Positions 35,235-49,078 of a stretch of DNA of 64,000 nucleotides are shown piece by piece (within the stretch, counting starts at the first letter, position 1; each line of letters starts with the position of its first letter). The DNA comes from Hypanus sabinus (lineage: Eukaryota), in assembly GCF_030144855.1 (NCBI RefSeq), contig NC_082715.1, forward strand, positions 145,266,001 through 145,330,000. The letters are read 5' to 3'. Made by a program: the position numbers and the translations under genes. Below the pieces are notes generated by a model that saw only the letters and a list, made by a program, of their open reading frames with translations, searched no databases and was not told the origin of the DNA.

Positions 35235-37760
35235 GAGAAGAAGTTTTTCCTTAACTGTGTCCTAAATGACCTACCCCTTATACTCAAACCATGCCCTCTG
35301 GTACTGGACTCTCCCAGCATCTGGAACATATTTCCTGCCTCTATCTTGTCCAATCCCTTAATAATCTTATATGTTTCAATCAGATCCCCTCTCAATCTCA
35401 TTAATTCCAGCGTGTACAACCCAGTCTCTCTAACCTCTCGGCGTAAGACAGTCCAGACATCCCAGGAATTAACCTCGTGAATCTACGCTGCACTTCCTCT
35501 ACAGCCAGGATGTCCTTCCTTAACTGTACACAAAACTGTACACAATACTCCAGGTGTGGTCTCACCAGGGCTCTGTACAAATGCAAGAGGATTTCTTTGC
35601 TCTTGTACTCAATTCCCTTTGTAATAAAGGCCAACATTCCATTAGCCTTCTTCACTGCCTGCTGCACTTGCTCATTCACCTTCAGTGACTGATGAACAAG
35701 GACTCCGAGATCTCTTTGTATTTCTCCTACCCAACCCTACACCGTTCAGATAAAAATCTGCCTTCCTGTTCTTAATCCCAAAGTGGATAACCTCACACTT
35801 ATTCACATTAAACGCCATCTGCCAAGTATCTGCCCATTCACCCCGCCTATCCAAGTCACCCGGAATTCTCCTAACATCCTCATCACATGTCACACTGCCA
35901 CCCAGCTTAGTATAATCAGCAAATTTGCTGATGTTATTTTCTATGCCTTCATCCAAATCATTAACGTAAATTGTAAACAGCTGTGGTCCTAATAACGAGC
36001 CCTGTGGCACCCCACTAGTCACCACCTGCCATTCCGAGTAACACCCATTCACCGCTACCCTTTGCTTTCTATCTGCCAACCAGTTTTCTATCCATGTCAA
36101 TGTCTTCCCCCCCCCCAATGCCCTGAGCTTTGATTTTACCCACCAATCTCCTATGTGGGACCTTATCAAATGCCTTCTGAAAATCGAGGTACACTACATC
36201 CACTGGATCTCCCCGATCTAACTTCCTGGTTACGTCGTCGGAAAACTCCAACAGATTAGTCAAGCATGATTTACCCTTGGTATATCCATGCTAGCTCGGC
36301 CCAGTCCTATCACTGTTATCTAGATATGCCACTATTTCATCCTTAATAATGGACTCTAGCATCTTTCCCACCACCGATCTCAGGCTGACAGGTCGATAGT
36401 TCTCCGTTTACTCCCTCCCTCCTTTCTTAAAAAGTGGGATAACATTAGCCATTCTCCAATCTTCAGGAACTGATCCTGAATCTAAGGGACATTGGAAAAT
36501 GATTACCAATGCATCCGCAATTTCCAGGGCCACCTCAATTAGTACCCTAGGGTGCAGACGATCTCGACCTGGGGATTTGTCAGCCTTCAGTCCCATCAGT
36601 CTACTCATCACCGTTTCCATCCTAATGTCAATCTGTTTCATTTCCTCTGTTACCTTATGTCCTTGGCCCATCCATACATCTGGGAGATTGCTTGTGTCTT
36701 CCTTGATGAAAACAGATCTGAAGTACTCATTAAATTCTTCTGCCATTTCTCTGTTTCCCATAACAATTTCACCCAATTCATTCTTCAAGGGTCCAACATT
36801 GTCCTTAACTATCTTCTTTATACCACATACCTAAAAAAGCTTTTGTTACCTTCCTTTATATTCCTGGATAGCTTGCGTTCGTACCTCATTTTTTCTCCCC
36901 GTATTGTCTTTTTAGTTAAGTTCTGTTGTTCCTTAAAAACTTCCCAATCATCTGTCCTCCCACTCACCTTAGCTCTGTCATATTTCCTTTTTTAATGCTA
37001 TGCAATCTCTGACTTCCTTTGTCAACCACTGTGGCCCCTTTCCCCCCTTTGAATCCTTCCTTCTCTGGGCGATGAACTAATTTTGCACCTTGTGCATTAT
37101 TCCCAAGAATACCTGCCATTGCTGTTCCACTGTCTTTTCTGCTAGGCTATCCGTCCAGTCAACTTTGGCCAGCTCCTCCCTCATTGGCTCCATAGTTTCC
37201 ACTGTTCATCTGCAACACTGACACCTCCGATCTGCCCTTGTCCTTCTCAAATTGCAGATAAAAACTTATCATATTATGATCACTACCTCCTAATGGCTCC
37301 TTTACTGCAAGATCGCTTATCAAATCCTGTTCATTACATAACACTAAATCCAGAATAGTCTTGTCCCTGGTCGGTTCTCATACAAGCTGTTCCAAGAATG
37401 CATCCCGTAGGCACTCTACAAACTCCCTATCCTGTGGTCCAGCACCAACCTGAGACTCCCAGTTCACCTGCATGTTGAAATTCCCCCATAACTACTGTGA
37501 CATTACCTTTGCCACATGCCAATGTTAACTCCCTATTCAACTTGCACCCAATATTCATAAAACTGTTTGGTGGCCTATAGACAACAGCCTTTTGGGACCT
37601 TTTGCCCTTACTGTTCCTCAGTTCTATCCACACAGACTCTACTTCTCCTGACCCTATGTCCCCCCTTGCAAAGGACTGAATCTCATTCCTCACCAACAGG
37701 GCCACCCCACCCCCTCTGACCACATTTCTGTCCCTACGATAGCACGTATACCCTTGTACA
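35235..37760 (-). mobile_element. CR1-clade LINE (endonuclease plus RT), truncated at both ends
   Basis: Long recognisable ORF2 pieces (VYLDFQKAFDKVPHRRL, TSGVPQGSLLGPQLF, YRALVRPHLEYC). The 3' end stops at RKNFFS with no UTR or tail. Confidence 0.9.
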
Positions 37761-37774
37761 TTCCTCTTGTACCC

Positions 37775-40700
37775 TTGTAAACCTCCTCTAAACCCTCGCT
37801 ACAGCTTCCACGTCCTTCCTATTCCGACCAGAATCAAACACAACAATGTCTGTGTAGACTAAACAGAATTGTATGGAAATACAACATTAGCCTTGACCTC
37901 GATCCCTCGACTAATGCAGGCTAAATGCCTTCTAAATAACATTATTGACGAGCGGCAATTATTGAGAGATCTATGCGAGTGGACCCCAGGATCCCTTTGT
38001 CCTCTACACTACTAAGAATCTTCTCCTTAACCTTATATTCTGTCTTTGATTTCGCTCTTCCAAAGTCCATTATTTCACATTCTTCCGCATTGAAAACCAT
38101 CTGATACATAACAGCCCAGCTACGCATCCCATCAACGATCTCGTTGGAAACTACGACAATCTTATCCACAGCACCAACAGACTTGTGTCAACTATCCCAT
38201 TGCCCTGTACATAGACCTTATCTCTCCGTACCACTCCCATCCATATTCTCATAATATTTAATACTTATTTTAAAAATTGAACTTATACCACATGCTCTAC
38301 TTCCACTGGCAACTCGTTCCACACTCTCACTACTCTCTGAGATGAAGTTCGTCTTCATGTTCGCCCTAAACATTTCACCTTTCACCCTCAGCCCATGACC
38401 TTTAATTCTAGTTTCATCCAACCCTGGTGTAAAAAGCCTGCTTACATTTACACTATCTATTCTCCACATCATTTTGCATATCTCTATCCAATCTCCCCTC
38501 ACTCTCCTATGCTCCAAGGAAGAAAGCGCTAACCTCTTCAATCTTTCCACACAAGTTACATCACAAGTTACGTCGTATACACCGCTCTACTTTTATCAAC
38601 TTCTTTAGTCACTTTCTCGAAAAAGTCAATCAGGTTTGTGAGAAATGAACTGCCACCCAGTTAGCTGTACTCTGTGTAATCAGACTATTCTTCTCCAAAT
38701 GCTCAAAAACTCTGCCTTTAAGAATCACTTCCAAAGTTTGTCCACCACGGACATGTAGCTCTGGTCTATAATTCCCAGGATTATCCCTGTCTCTCGGTTT
38801 CTTTTTGCACTACCTTACTTTCCCTTCTCTATTTTATAATTTTGATTGATAATTTAATTTTTTTTATTATATTTACTTCGATTTGTACTCCAGAGAGCGC
38901 GAAGTGCAGAGTCAAGTATCACTGTGATGATTGTATGCTCTAGTATCAATTGTTTGCTGACCACAAAGTAGAGTAAGAAAATAAGTAAGTACGTAATCCC
39001 TTTCTTCAACAAAATAATAACATTTGAGACCCTCCAGTCTTCTGCTACTCCTCCTGTGTCCAATGAGGGCGCAAAGATTATCACCAAGAGGGAACATTCT
39101 CTGCCTTCGCTTCCCGTAGTAACCATGGTGTACACCATTCGCCCTAGGGGCCTTTTGTCTTTTTTCAAAAGTTCGACAATATCCTACTTCTTAACGTTTT
39201 ATGCTGTTTATGCTGTCCACACACGTCACGGTCCCTCTCAGAGGTGAATACTGAAGAAAATTATTCATTAAGGAACTCCCCTACCTCCTCTGACACCAGG
39301 CACATGGTTCCTCTTCTTTTACTCACTCTAGTCATCCTTCTGTTCTTCACCTACGTGTAGAACGTCTTGGGGATTTCCTTAATCATACTCGCCAAGCTCT
39401 TCTCATTCCTCCTTCTAGCTCTCTTAAGTTCATTAGTCAGCTCCTTCCTGGCTGCTTCGTAACACTCAAGAGTTCTGTCTGATATTTCCTTCAAAACTTG
39501 TTATTGGAATTCTTCTTTCCTCTAGGTGGGATGCTTCGCATCTCTTGCCAACCATGCTTCCTTCTCCCTAACATCCATGTTCAACTGGGAGAACCCTACC
39601 CAGAAACCCATTAGTGTTCGCTTCACAACTTCCACATTTCCTTGTTCATTTCCCTGATAAAACTAATTCCCAATTTCTACTCACAAGCTCATGTATTATA
39701 GCATCATAATTTCCTCTCCTTCAAAACAATCTGCTCTTGTCCCTCTCCAAGTGTATGGTAAATTAGGGAGTCGTGAATGTGAGTAGGGAGGAGCAATTTG
39801 ACACCTGGCCTGTTCCATTGGCTAGCACTAGTACCAGTAAGGCCTCTCTTCTAGTTGGCCTGTCCACATATTCAGGAATCCTTCATTAACAGACCTAACA
39901 AACTCTGCCCTGTTTAAATCTTTTGCATGTAAGCTAATGGAATCATTATTAGGGAAGTGCGTGTTTTAGCAGCTTTCCAAAATCGACCTGCCGACCTACT
40001 CCTCGATGTTCCTGTTGGTGGTGTGCGCTGTACAGTACTCCCATCAGATAGACTGCAACCCCTCCTATTTCTGAATTCCACCCACGGAGACTCAATAAAC
40101 GATCTCTCCACGACTTCCTCACTTTCTGTATCTGCGATACTATCCCTGATTGGCAATACCACTCCTCCATCTCTATTACCTCCCTCCCTGACCCTTTTCG
40201 AGATATCTGAACATAGGAACATTCAGCAGCTTTTCCTGCCTTTGTGACAACCATATTTTGGTTTATATTTTGGATCGGGAACGAGATCGTTTCCTACAAG
40301 AATAAAAAGACAAATACATGTTATCATCGAATTTTACCTCTTACCCTTACAATGCAAATAATTTTCCACATTTCACTGGCAATTAGTTAGGAATTTTCTT
40401 CCCTCCCAACGTTCGCTTATGGTGACAAGAACTTCCAATCTTACTGATAACTGTCCAGGAAAAGTCACAGAGAAAAGTATAAAGAATAAATGATAAAAGG
40501 AGAAAGTTTTTCTTAACGAATAGACAAAATACAGAGGCGTCCAATCACCATGCCAATGGAACTCCAATGAAAGTTGATCAGATGACAGAGTGCACAGAGG
40601 AGAGGCGGAATTAGTAGATGTTTTCAGAAGCTTACAGACTGTAAATCATAGAAGTCTCAAAGAATTCTACGACATGAGCAACTGCTCTGAGCGTCCTTTG

Positions 40701-43050
40701 GACTCGGACCCCAGGTTCCCTCTGATCCTTCACACTGCCAAGAGTCTTACCGTTAATATTATATTCTGTCATCACATTTGACCTACCAAACTGAACCACT
40801 TCACACCTATCTGGATAGAACTCCATCAGCCGCTTCGCAGTCCAGTTTTGCATACTATCAATGTCCCGGTGTAACCTCTGACAATTCTCCACACTATCCA
40901 CAACACCTCCAACTTCTGTGTCGTCAGCAAATTTCCTAAACTATCCCTCCGTTTCCTCATCCTGGTCATTTATAAAGATCACGAAGAGTAAGGGTCCCAG
41001 AATAGATTCTTGAGGCACTCCACTGTTAACCGACATCCGTGCAGAATATTACCCGTCTACAACCACCCTTTGCCTTCTGTGGGCAAGCCAATCCTGGATC
41101 CACAAAGTGATGTCCCCTTCGATCACATGCGGCTTTACTTTCTCTATAACCCTTGCATGGGGTACCTTATCAAACGCCTTGCTGAAATCCATTTTCACTA
41201 TATCTGCTGCTCTTCATTCATCAATGCGTTTAGTCACATTCTCAAAAAAAATTCGATCAGGATCATAAGGCACGACCTGCCCTTGACGAAGACATGCTAA
41301 CTACTACTAATGATATTATATCTCTCAAAATGTTCATAAATCCTGTCTCTCCGTATGTTCACAATCAGCTTATTAATCACTGAGATAAGACTCAATGGCC
41401 CGTAATTTCCATGGCTATCGGAACTCACTTTCTTCAATAAAGGAACAACATCCGCAAACCTCCATTCCTACAGAACCTCCCCCTTCCCCATTGATGATGC
41501 AAAAATCATCGCCAGAGGCTAAGCAATCTTCTCCATCACCTCCTACAGTAGCATGGTATATATTTCGTCCGGACCGGCGACTTATCCAACTTGATGCTTT
41601 CCAAAAGCTCCAGTACATCCTCTTTCTTAATATCTACACGCTCAAGCTTTTCTGTTCGCTGCAAGTCATCACTACAATCACTAAGAACCGTTTCCATAGT
41701 GAATACTGAAGTAAAGTATTCATTAAGTTCCTTTGTTATTTCCTCCAGTTCCATACACACTTCCCCACAGTCATATCTGATAGGTCCTATTCTTTCACAT
41801 CAAATCCTCTTTCTCGTCACATACTTGTAGAATGCCTTGGGGTTTTCCTTAATACTGCCCGCCAAGACCTTGTCATCGCCCTTTCTATCTCTCCTAATTC
41901 CCTTCTTAAGCTCCTTCCTAGTAGCCTTACAATCTTCCAGATCTCTAACATTACCTAGCTCACTGAACCTTTTGTAAGTTTTCCTTTCTTCTTGAATAGA
42001 TTAATTTCAGCCTCTGCACACCACGGTTCCTGTACTCTACCATAAGTTCCCTGTCTCATTGTAACGCACCTGTACAGAGCTCAACACATATATCCCCTGA
42101 AGATTTGCTGCATTTCTTCTGTACTTGTCCCTGAGAACATCTGTTTCCAATTTAAGTCTCCAATTTCTTCCCTGATAGCCTCATAATTCCCCTTACACCA
42201 ATTAAATATTTTCTAACTTGTCTGGTCCTATCCCTGTCCAATGCTATTGTAAAGAAGATAGAATTATGATCACTATCTCCAAAATGCTCTCCCGCTGAGA
42301 GATCTGACACCTGACCAGGTTCATTTCACATACCAAACCAAGTACAGCCTCTCCTCTTGTAGGCTTATCTACATACTGTGTCAAGAAACCATTCTGAACA
42401 AACCTAACAAACTTCACCCCATCTCAGCCCCTCGCTCGAGGGAGATGCCAATCGATATTTGTAAAATTAAAATCTCCCATCACGACATCTCTGTTATTAT
42501 TACACCTTTCCAGAATCTGTTTCCTTATCTGCTCCTCGATAGTCCTGTTACTATTGGGCGGTCAATAAAAACACCCAGTTAAGTTATTGAACCCTTCCGG
42601 TTCCTAACCTCCACCCACAGAGACTGCATAGAAAATCCCTCTATGCTGCCCACCTATTCTGCACCTGTGACACTATCTCTGATCAACAGCCTACACCTCT
42701 TCTGCCTCCCTCCCTGTCCTTTCTGAAACATCTAAAACCCGGCACTTGAAATAACCAATCCTGTCCCTGAGACATCCAAGTCTCTGTAATTGCCAACACA
42801 TCATATCTCCAAGTACTAATCCGCTTTGTTCACAACACTCCTTGCATTAAAATAGACACAACTCAAGCCTTCGGTCTGAGCGCGTCCCTTATCTGTCACC
42901 TGCCTATCCTCTCTCTCGCACTGTGTACAAGCTTTCTCTATTTGTGATCCAATCTCCTCTTCCCAAGTCTCTTCAGTTCGGTTCCCACCCCACCCCCAAA
43001 AATCCTAGTTTAAAATCTCCCCAGTAGCCTTAGCAAACCTCCCCTCCAGG
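37775..43050 (-). mobile_element. Composite of CR1-clade relics (paralogue of ~600-5850)
   Basis: Near-identical ORF remnants to copy A. Confidence 0.8.
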
Positions 43051-43105
43051 ATACTTATTCATAGAATTCATATCATATCCAGGATTCATAGAAAAACACA
43101 AATAA

Positions 43106-46100
43106 GATGGACGTCACGTGGGTGCCGGGCAAGATGGCTGCATGTTAATGGAGCTCCGACGACCCAACATAAAATTCTATCAATTAGAGCATATTTATCC
43201 CGCCTTATACGGATACAGCTTTTCGAGAGTTCAAATTGTTTGTTTTTTTACTGAAAAATAACAACTTTGCGAGATAATTCGGGACGATGCCAAGAACTTC
43301 GAAGAGCGCTACAGCGAGTCACGTGGCTACAAGTCAGGGCCCGCAATCCGAAGATCAAGGCACGCTAACAACACAGACCGACTGAGGCTCCAACATGGAG
43401 AATTTACTGGTTGAGGTTAGTGGTATAAGTTCCATTCTGCTCGGGGTGGCTACTGATTTATCTACAATTAAAGAAACGACAACGGAGTTGAAGAACTCCG
43501 TCAATGCCATTCAAGAGAGGCTGACGGAAGCCGAGGGTCGCCTCTCCAGTGTGAAAGACACCACTGTGCAACTGGTGGGTGCTGGCGAGCAGAATAATAA
43601 ACGCTTGGACCTGCTGTGGAACCGTGTCGAGGAGCATGAGAACAGGAGCGGACGGAGCAACGTCAGGCTGGTCGGTCTAAAGGAGGGTGCGGAAACGGGC
43701 GGTCTGATTAAGTGTGTGCAAAGAATCATGTCGGAGGGATTAGGCATCGCCCCCTTCCCCCCCCCCCTCCCAGGTTGGTCTTAATACGATTCTTGCGCTC
43801 TTCAGCCAGAGAGAAAGTGGTGCAAGCGGCCATAGCAAAAAGAGGAGTTGTGGGAGGGGTGCAAAGTCTCCTTCTTTCCGGATATGTCCAGAGAATTGGC
43901 TGAGAAACGGAGCGCATTTACTACTGCTCGGAAAATGCTGCGAAGAGTCAACGTGACGTATACACTCGCTTATGCAGCAGTTCTCCGATTCACGTGGAAA
44001 GGAAAGAACACGTTCTTTACTACTGCTGCAGAAGCAGTGAAATTCATTCAGGAAAAGTGCAGCGCTGGCACTGACTAAGAGACAGTAATAGGTGGAGACA
44101 ACTTTTTAGGTACAACAGGATGGGTGGGGAGCTGGATAAAGCGGTCTGATTAGTGCGAGGATTACTAGCTGGCACGGTACTTCGCCGACCATCTCTTGTG
44201 TCTGTTTCTTTTCCGTTTCTTTGCAGAGTTTATCCTGCCTATTTGCTTTTATTTGTTAGTTAATCTGGCAGGAATATATTATCGCTATGTTTTGGGGTTA
44301 TGTTGGTTGTTTAGTTGTTCGAAAGCGCAGCATTTGCAGTAGATAAAACATCTGGAGGCAGAAACAACCACATTGGAAAAGGTCTTATCAAGACAATATA
44401 CCGATGACTTCTAAAAAGATCTGAGCAATTTGAAATTCCAGCGAAATAACATATATAACAAAGAAGCAGAATATGCATTATTTAGATTAAAAACAAATTT
44501 CTATGAAGGTGGTGACAAAGCTGGTAAGCTGCTGGCACGATACTTAAAGCAGCAGAAGACGAATAGTCTTATACCTGTGAGTAAGAAAGGGGACACATTA
44601 GTGTCATCATCTGAAGAAATAAGCGAAGTCTTTCCACAGTTCTGTGAACATCTATATGCATCACCGTTTAATCATGACCAGGAGGAGCTGAATCAGTTTA
44701 TCGCTAACATAAAATTGCCTACATCATCCCCACGACAAGCTGAGTCCTTGGATGCCCCAATTACTGAGGATGAGGTCAGACGGGCTATTGCAGCTATGAA
44801 AGTGGAGAAATCACCAGGTATGGATGGCTTCCCAGTTGAATATTATAAGAAATTTCTGGACATATTGGCTCCTATTCTAACAAAAATCTATTCAGAAGCA
44901 TTTAATTTGGAATCTTTACCGAATACATTTAATGAAGCATTAATTCGTTGATCCCAAAAAAAAGACAGGGATGCAATAGACGCTTCCAAATACAGGCCTT
45001 AAAGCTTAATTAATGTAGACTGTAAGATACTGACTAAAATACTGGCTTCGCGATTAGAGAAATTATTACCATTTATAATTAACTCTGACCAGGTTGGCTT
45101 CACTAAAGGCACATCCCCAACTGACAATTTACAATTACTGCACTTAACATGGCTGTACTCCCCAAGTAGTATCCCAGTTACTGCCATCTCCCTGGACGCT
45201 GAAAAGGCCTTTGACAGGGTTGAGTGGAGATTTTTAACCACTGCCTTGTCATTCTTTGGGTTTGACTCCGTCTTTAATCATGGATTAGAATTTTGTATAA
45301 AAACACAAAGGCTGCAGTTATTACAAATGGTATCATATCCCCATTTTTCAACAGTTCACGGGGTACAATCCAAGGCTGCCCCCTCTCCCCACTGTTATTT
45401 ACGATATTTGTGGAACCTTTGGAGGTCGTGATTAGAGCAGATCCAGATATTAGAGGGGTGAAGGGGGGCGGAAAGGAGCATAAGTTGATGCAATATGCTG
45501 ACGATATTTTATTACTGATTAGTTACACTCCTTATTCCTTACGCCCACTAATGAAAACCATTTAATTATATTCTGAAGTGTCTGGTTATAAAATCAACTG
45601 TAGTAAATCTGAGTCTATGCCAATGTCAAAATTGTGTTATTCAAATTCAGTATCTCAGTTTAATTTTAGATGGGTGCCAGTCGGAATGATGTATCTAGTG
45701 GTCAAACTCAGTCAGAATTTGGATGAAGTAATTACTTTAAATTCTGATCCATTATTGAGTAGGATAAGAAATAATCTGGCTAAGTGGGGTGTACTGCGAC
45801 TGTCACTCTGAGATAAAGTCAATGTAGTTAAAATGGTCAGAGCACCTCAGTTTAACTATCTTTCTATGCTGCTTCCTTTAAATATTTCAGATTTGATCGA
45901 CAAGCAATACAACAAAATTATTATTGACTTTCTATAGGATAAGAAGAAGCCCAGAATTAAAATGAGTAAGATGTGTATGTCCAGTGACATGGGTGGGCTC
46001 AGTCTACCAGACGTCAGGGCATATAAATTATCCTTTGAAATGACCAAGTTAGCTAAACTTTGGGACAGGGCAGATGTTGATTTAGATTGTATAGTTATAG

Positions 46101-47301
46101 AACGGAGCTTGGCTGCACCACATTCTCCCCTTAACATTCTCTCACAACATGTGGAAAACAACACTAATCTAAATCCTATACTATTTCAGTCAAGGGGTGT
46201 GTGGAGTACAATTCATGAATCCTGTAAAAATGTCACATTTAAATCAGTTATACTCCTCGCTCTGGAATGACCCTGTGAAACGCATTAGGAAAAGAATGGT
46301 GTACTAGAAAGAATGGAAGATTAAAGGTGTGAATACAGTAGGTGATCTCTGTGAGATTGGGATTTTTATGTCGTATGTGGATTTGCAGAGGAAATATAAC
46401 TTTGTAGATAAAGGGAATTTCTGGAAGTATTTACAAATAAGACATTGCGTTAGTAGCATATTCAACAATGGTGGCCCACAAAGTAACCCTTTAACTGAAT
46501 ACCTTACACTACCACAGGAAGTTCATAAAGCATCAGTGTTATATAAAATGTTCAGGCACTCTGTGGGTAACAATCTTAAAGCAGTATGGCAGAAGGATCT
46601 TGGAAGTGATATTGAAGATAATGAGTGGTCAAATTTTTTATCAAATATGGGTAGACTTATTAGGGGAGCGAGAGGGAAATTTATTCAGTATAAGATAGTA
46701 CACAGATATTATCGGACACCAACTAAACTCTACAAAATGGGGATTGTTGATATTTGTTTATGCTGGAAATGTAAAAATGAGGTGGGCACATATTTTCACA
46801 TGATTTGGGAATGTTCCATGGTTCGTCCATGTTGGTGTAAATTTCTTGATTTGTTGGGGATTTGGTCGGGTTCCACACTGCCCTTCTGCCCACGGCTTTG
46901 TCTCCTGGGTGATCGGAGAATGATACCTAATGTAAACCATGACAAGTTTACTATTTTAAAGCTGGGTTTCATCACAGCTGCAAGAATTATATTGCAAAAC
47001 TGGAAAAAAAACAGATGTCCCACTGTGAGGGAATGGACTGAGGAAAGGGTTAAGATTGCATCATATGAACACATGTTGGGAAGAACTAACAGTGAGGGAA
47101 AAGTGCAAGATGCGTAGGATCAATTTTGGTTGTCTGTTAATTTAAACTTAAATTAGAAGATTTTTTTCTGTTTCGTAATTTTATATGTTTTTCTGTCATG
47201 GAATGTCTGTATAAATATGCTGTACTGTATCTGCTCTATAATATGCTGTGCTGCTTTGTAAACTAAGAATAAATAATAATAAAAATTTGAATTGCAAAAA
47301 G
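43106..47301 (+). mobile_element. L1/Tx1-clade LINE, second copy, with 11-bp TSD
   Basis: AACACAAATAA at 43095-43105 and 47302-47312. ORF1 43287-44078 has an internal deletion. ORF2 remnant includes the 262-aa C-terminal ORF at 46329..47117. Confidence 0.92.
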
Positions 47302-47759
47302 AACACAAATAAATCGACCTAAGATAAGGGGCGTATTATTGAGTCTCACTGAAGCACTGCAAAGGAGAAACTTCCACTGAAAATCTGAAACATTTTCCAT
47401 CGATATTCCAAGTATCATGTTTCACTACAGTACTCACTTCGTTCCCGCCACCCTGAGTGAAACGCTAAACAATTGCTTCGTCTGTCCACCATCACAGGCG
47501 CTTCAGCTCATCGGTGCAGCCAACAATTTAAATGCATTGTGGCAATTAATCGTAAAGGCGTTTTACATCGACGTCAAAAGTGTACAACATGTATCATGGG
47601 AAGGCTTTTACCTCAGCAGTTTAACACAATATTCTGTGCATTATATTGATGAAACATGAGGATGAATTTCCGAGTTATACTTTGGGGCTGCGTGGAAATG
47701 TGCAAACGTCAGTGACAGTGAATAGGTCATAAATTGGTAAATTTTCAAATTGCTTAAAT

Positions 47760-48455
47760 GTTGTCACGTGTACCGAGGTGCAGAGAACAAACTGTTTCGC
47801 AGGCCATTCATGCCGATCAGTTCATCAGTGCATTGAGATAGCACAAGCGAGCAGAATAAAGTGTTACAGTTACAGAGAAAGTGCAGTACAGTTAGGCAGT
47901 AAGGAGCAAGGGCATAACGACATAGAATGTGAGGTCAAGAGTCTATCTGATCGCAGTAGGGAAACATTCAGTGATCACATAACACCGAGACAGACGCTGT
48001 CTTTGAGCCTGGTGGTAAGTGCCTTTAAAGCTTTTGGATCTTCTGCCTGATCGGATGGGGGAGGAGAGAGAATGTCCGCAATGGTTGACGTCTTTGCCTA
48101 TATTGGCTGCTTTGCCGAGGCAGCCACAGTGTATACAGAATCCATGGAGGGGAGTTGGCTTCCGTGATGTGCTGAGCTCTATGCGCAACTCTCTTTAGTT
48201 TATTTCAATTCCCAGCAGAGCAGACACCATACCCAGCCAAGATGCATCCAGACACAATTCATCGATAAAAATTGCTGAGAGTCAAAGTTAGAGCGCCAGT
48301 GAGCGCTCTTTGCCGTGACATCTACGTGGTTGGACCAGGATAGGTTGTTGGTGACGTCCTCTCCACTGAACTTGAATTTCTCAACCCTCCCGATCTCAGC
48401 ATCGTTTACATAGCTGCCCCGCCCATTTCCTGAAATCATGATCCAATTCATTCCT
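47760..48455 (-). mobile_element. Rex1/Babar-like relic upstream of cluster 3
   Basis: Homologous to 11590-12290. Confidence 0.75.
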
Positions 48456-48463
48456 GAGTAGAG

Positions 48464-48480
48464 ATCTGCATGTATATATA
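48464..48480 (+). promoter_or_regulatory. Candidate promoter: ATCTGCAT plus TATATATA
   Basis: Same arrangement as in cluster 1. Confidence 0.4.
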
Positions 48481-48587
48481 TTTCAGTGACTTTGCAGTCT
48501 TTCACAGTTCTTAAGGAGCAGCTTCGAAAGCCCTGAACAGGACTTGTGTCCGATAGCCTTTGACTTCTGATTCTTATCAGCTTCACC

Positions 48588-48636
48588 ATGGCTGAAAGGG
48601 TCCTGGTACTTGCCGCGTTTGTGTCCTGTTTGTTCA
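48588..48636 (+). CDS. IGLV: Cluster 3 leader exon ([16 protein letters not shown])
   Basis: ACCATGG, donor GTAAGT at 48637, 88-nt intron ending CCAG at 48724. Confidence 0.95.
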
Positions 48637-48724
48637 GTAAGTAGAATACTTACTCCTTTATACAGTCCTTTATGTCGTGTTTTTTACTTAAGGGTTTTAA
48701 ATAGTTATTTGTTACTTTCACCAG

Positions 48725-49078
48725 CTGCAAACGCGGAGATGACTTTGACTCCTCAGTCTCCGTCCGTATCGGCAACTCCGGGTAGAACCGTGAAAATCAC
48801 TTGTACCATGTCAGGGGGCAGCATCGGCAGCTACTACAGGAGCTGGTACATGCAGAAACCCGGCAGCGCCCCAGTTTTTGTGTTGTATGACAGCTCCACG
48901 AGAGGATCGGGAATTCCAGATCGATTCACCGGTTCCATGGACTCATCGAACAACCAAATGCATTTAACCATCACCAACGCTCAAAGGGAGGACGCCGCCG
49001 ATTATTACTGTGGTGTCCGGACTGGTAGTAGCCCGTACGCATTCACCTTTGGGGGAGGAACCAAACTGAATTTCAACA
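48725..49078 (+). CDS. IGLV-IGLJ: Ig lambda-type germline-joined VJ exon, cluster 3
   Basis: EMTLTPQSPSV...ITC...WYMQKPG...YYC-GVRTGSSPYAFT-FGGGTKLNFN in one open frame. Donor GTAAGT at 49079. Confidence 0.96.

Noticed and set aside
46329-47117. 262-aa ORF as a possible domesticated gene
   Set aside because: It is the L1 ORF2 C-terminus (CWKC..GTYFH..W.C). The upstream ORF2 is broken and the paralogue is frameshifted.
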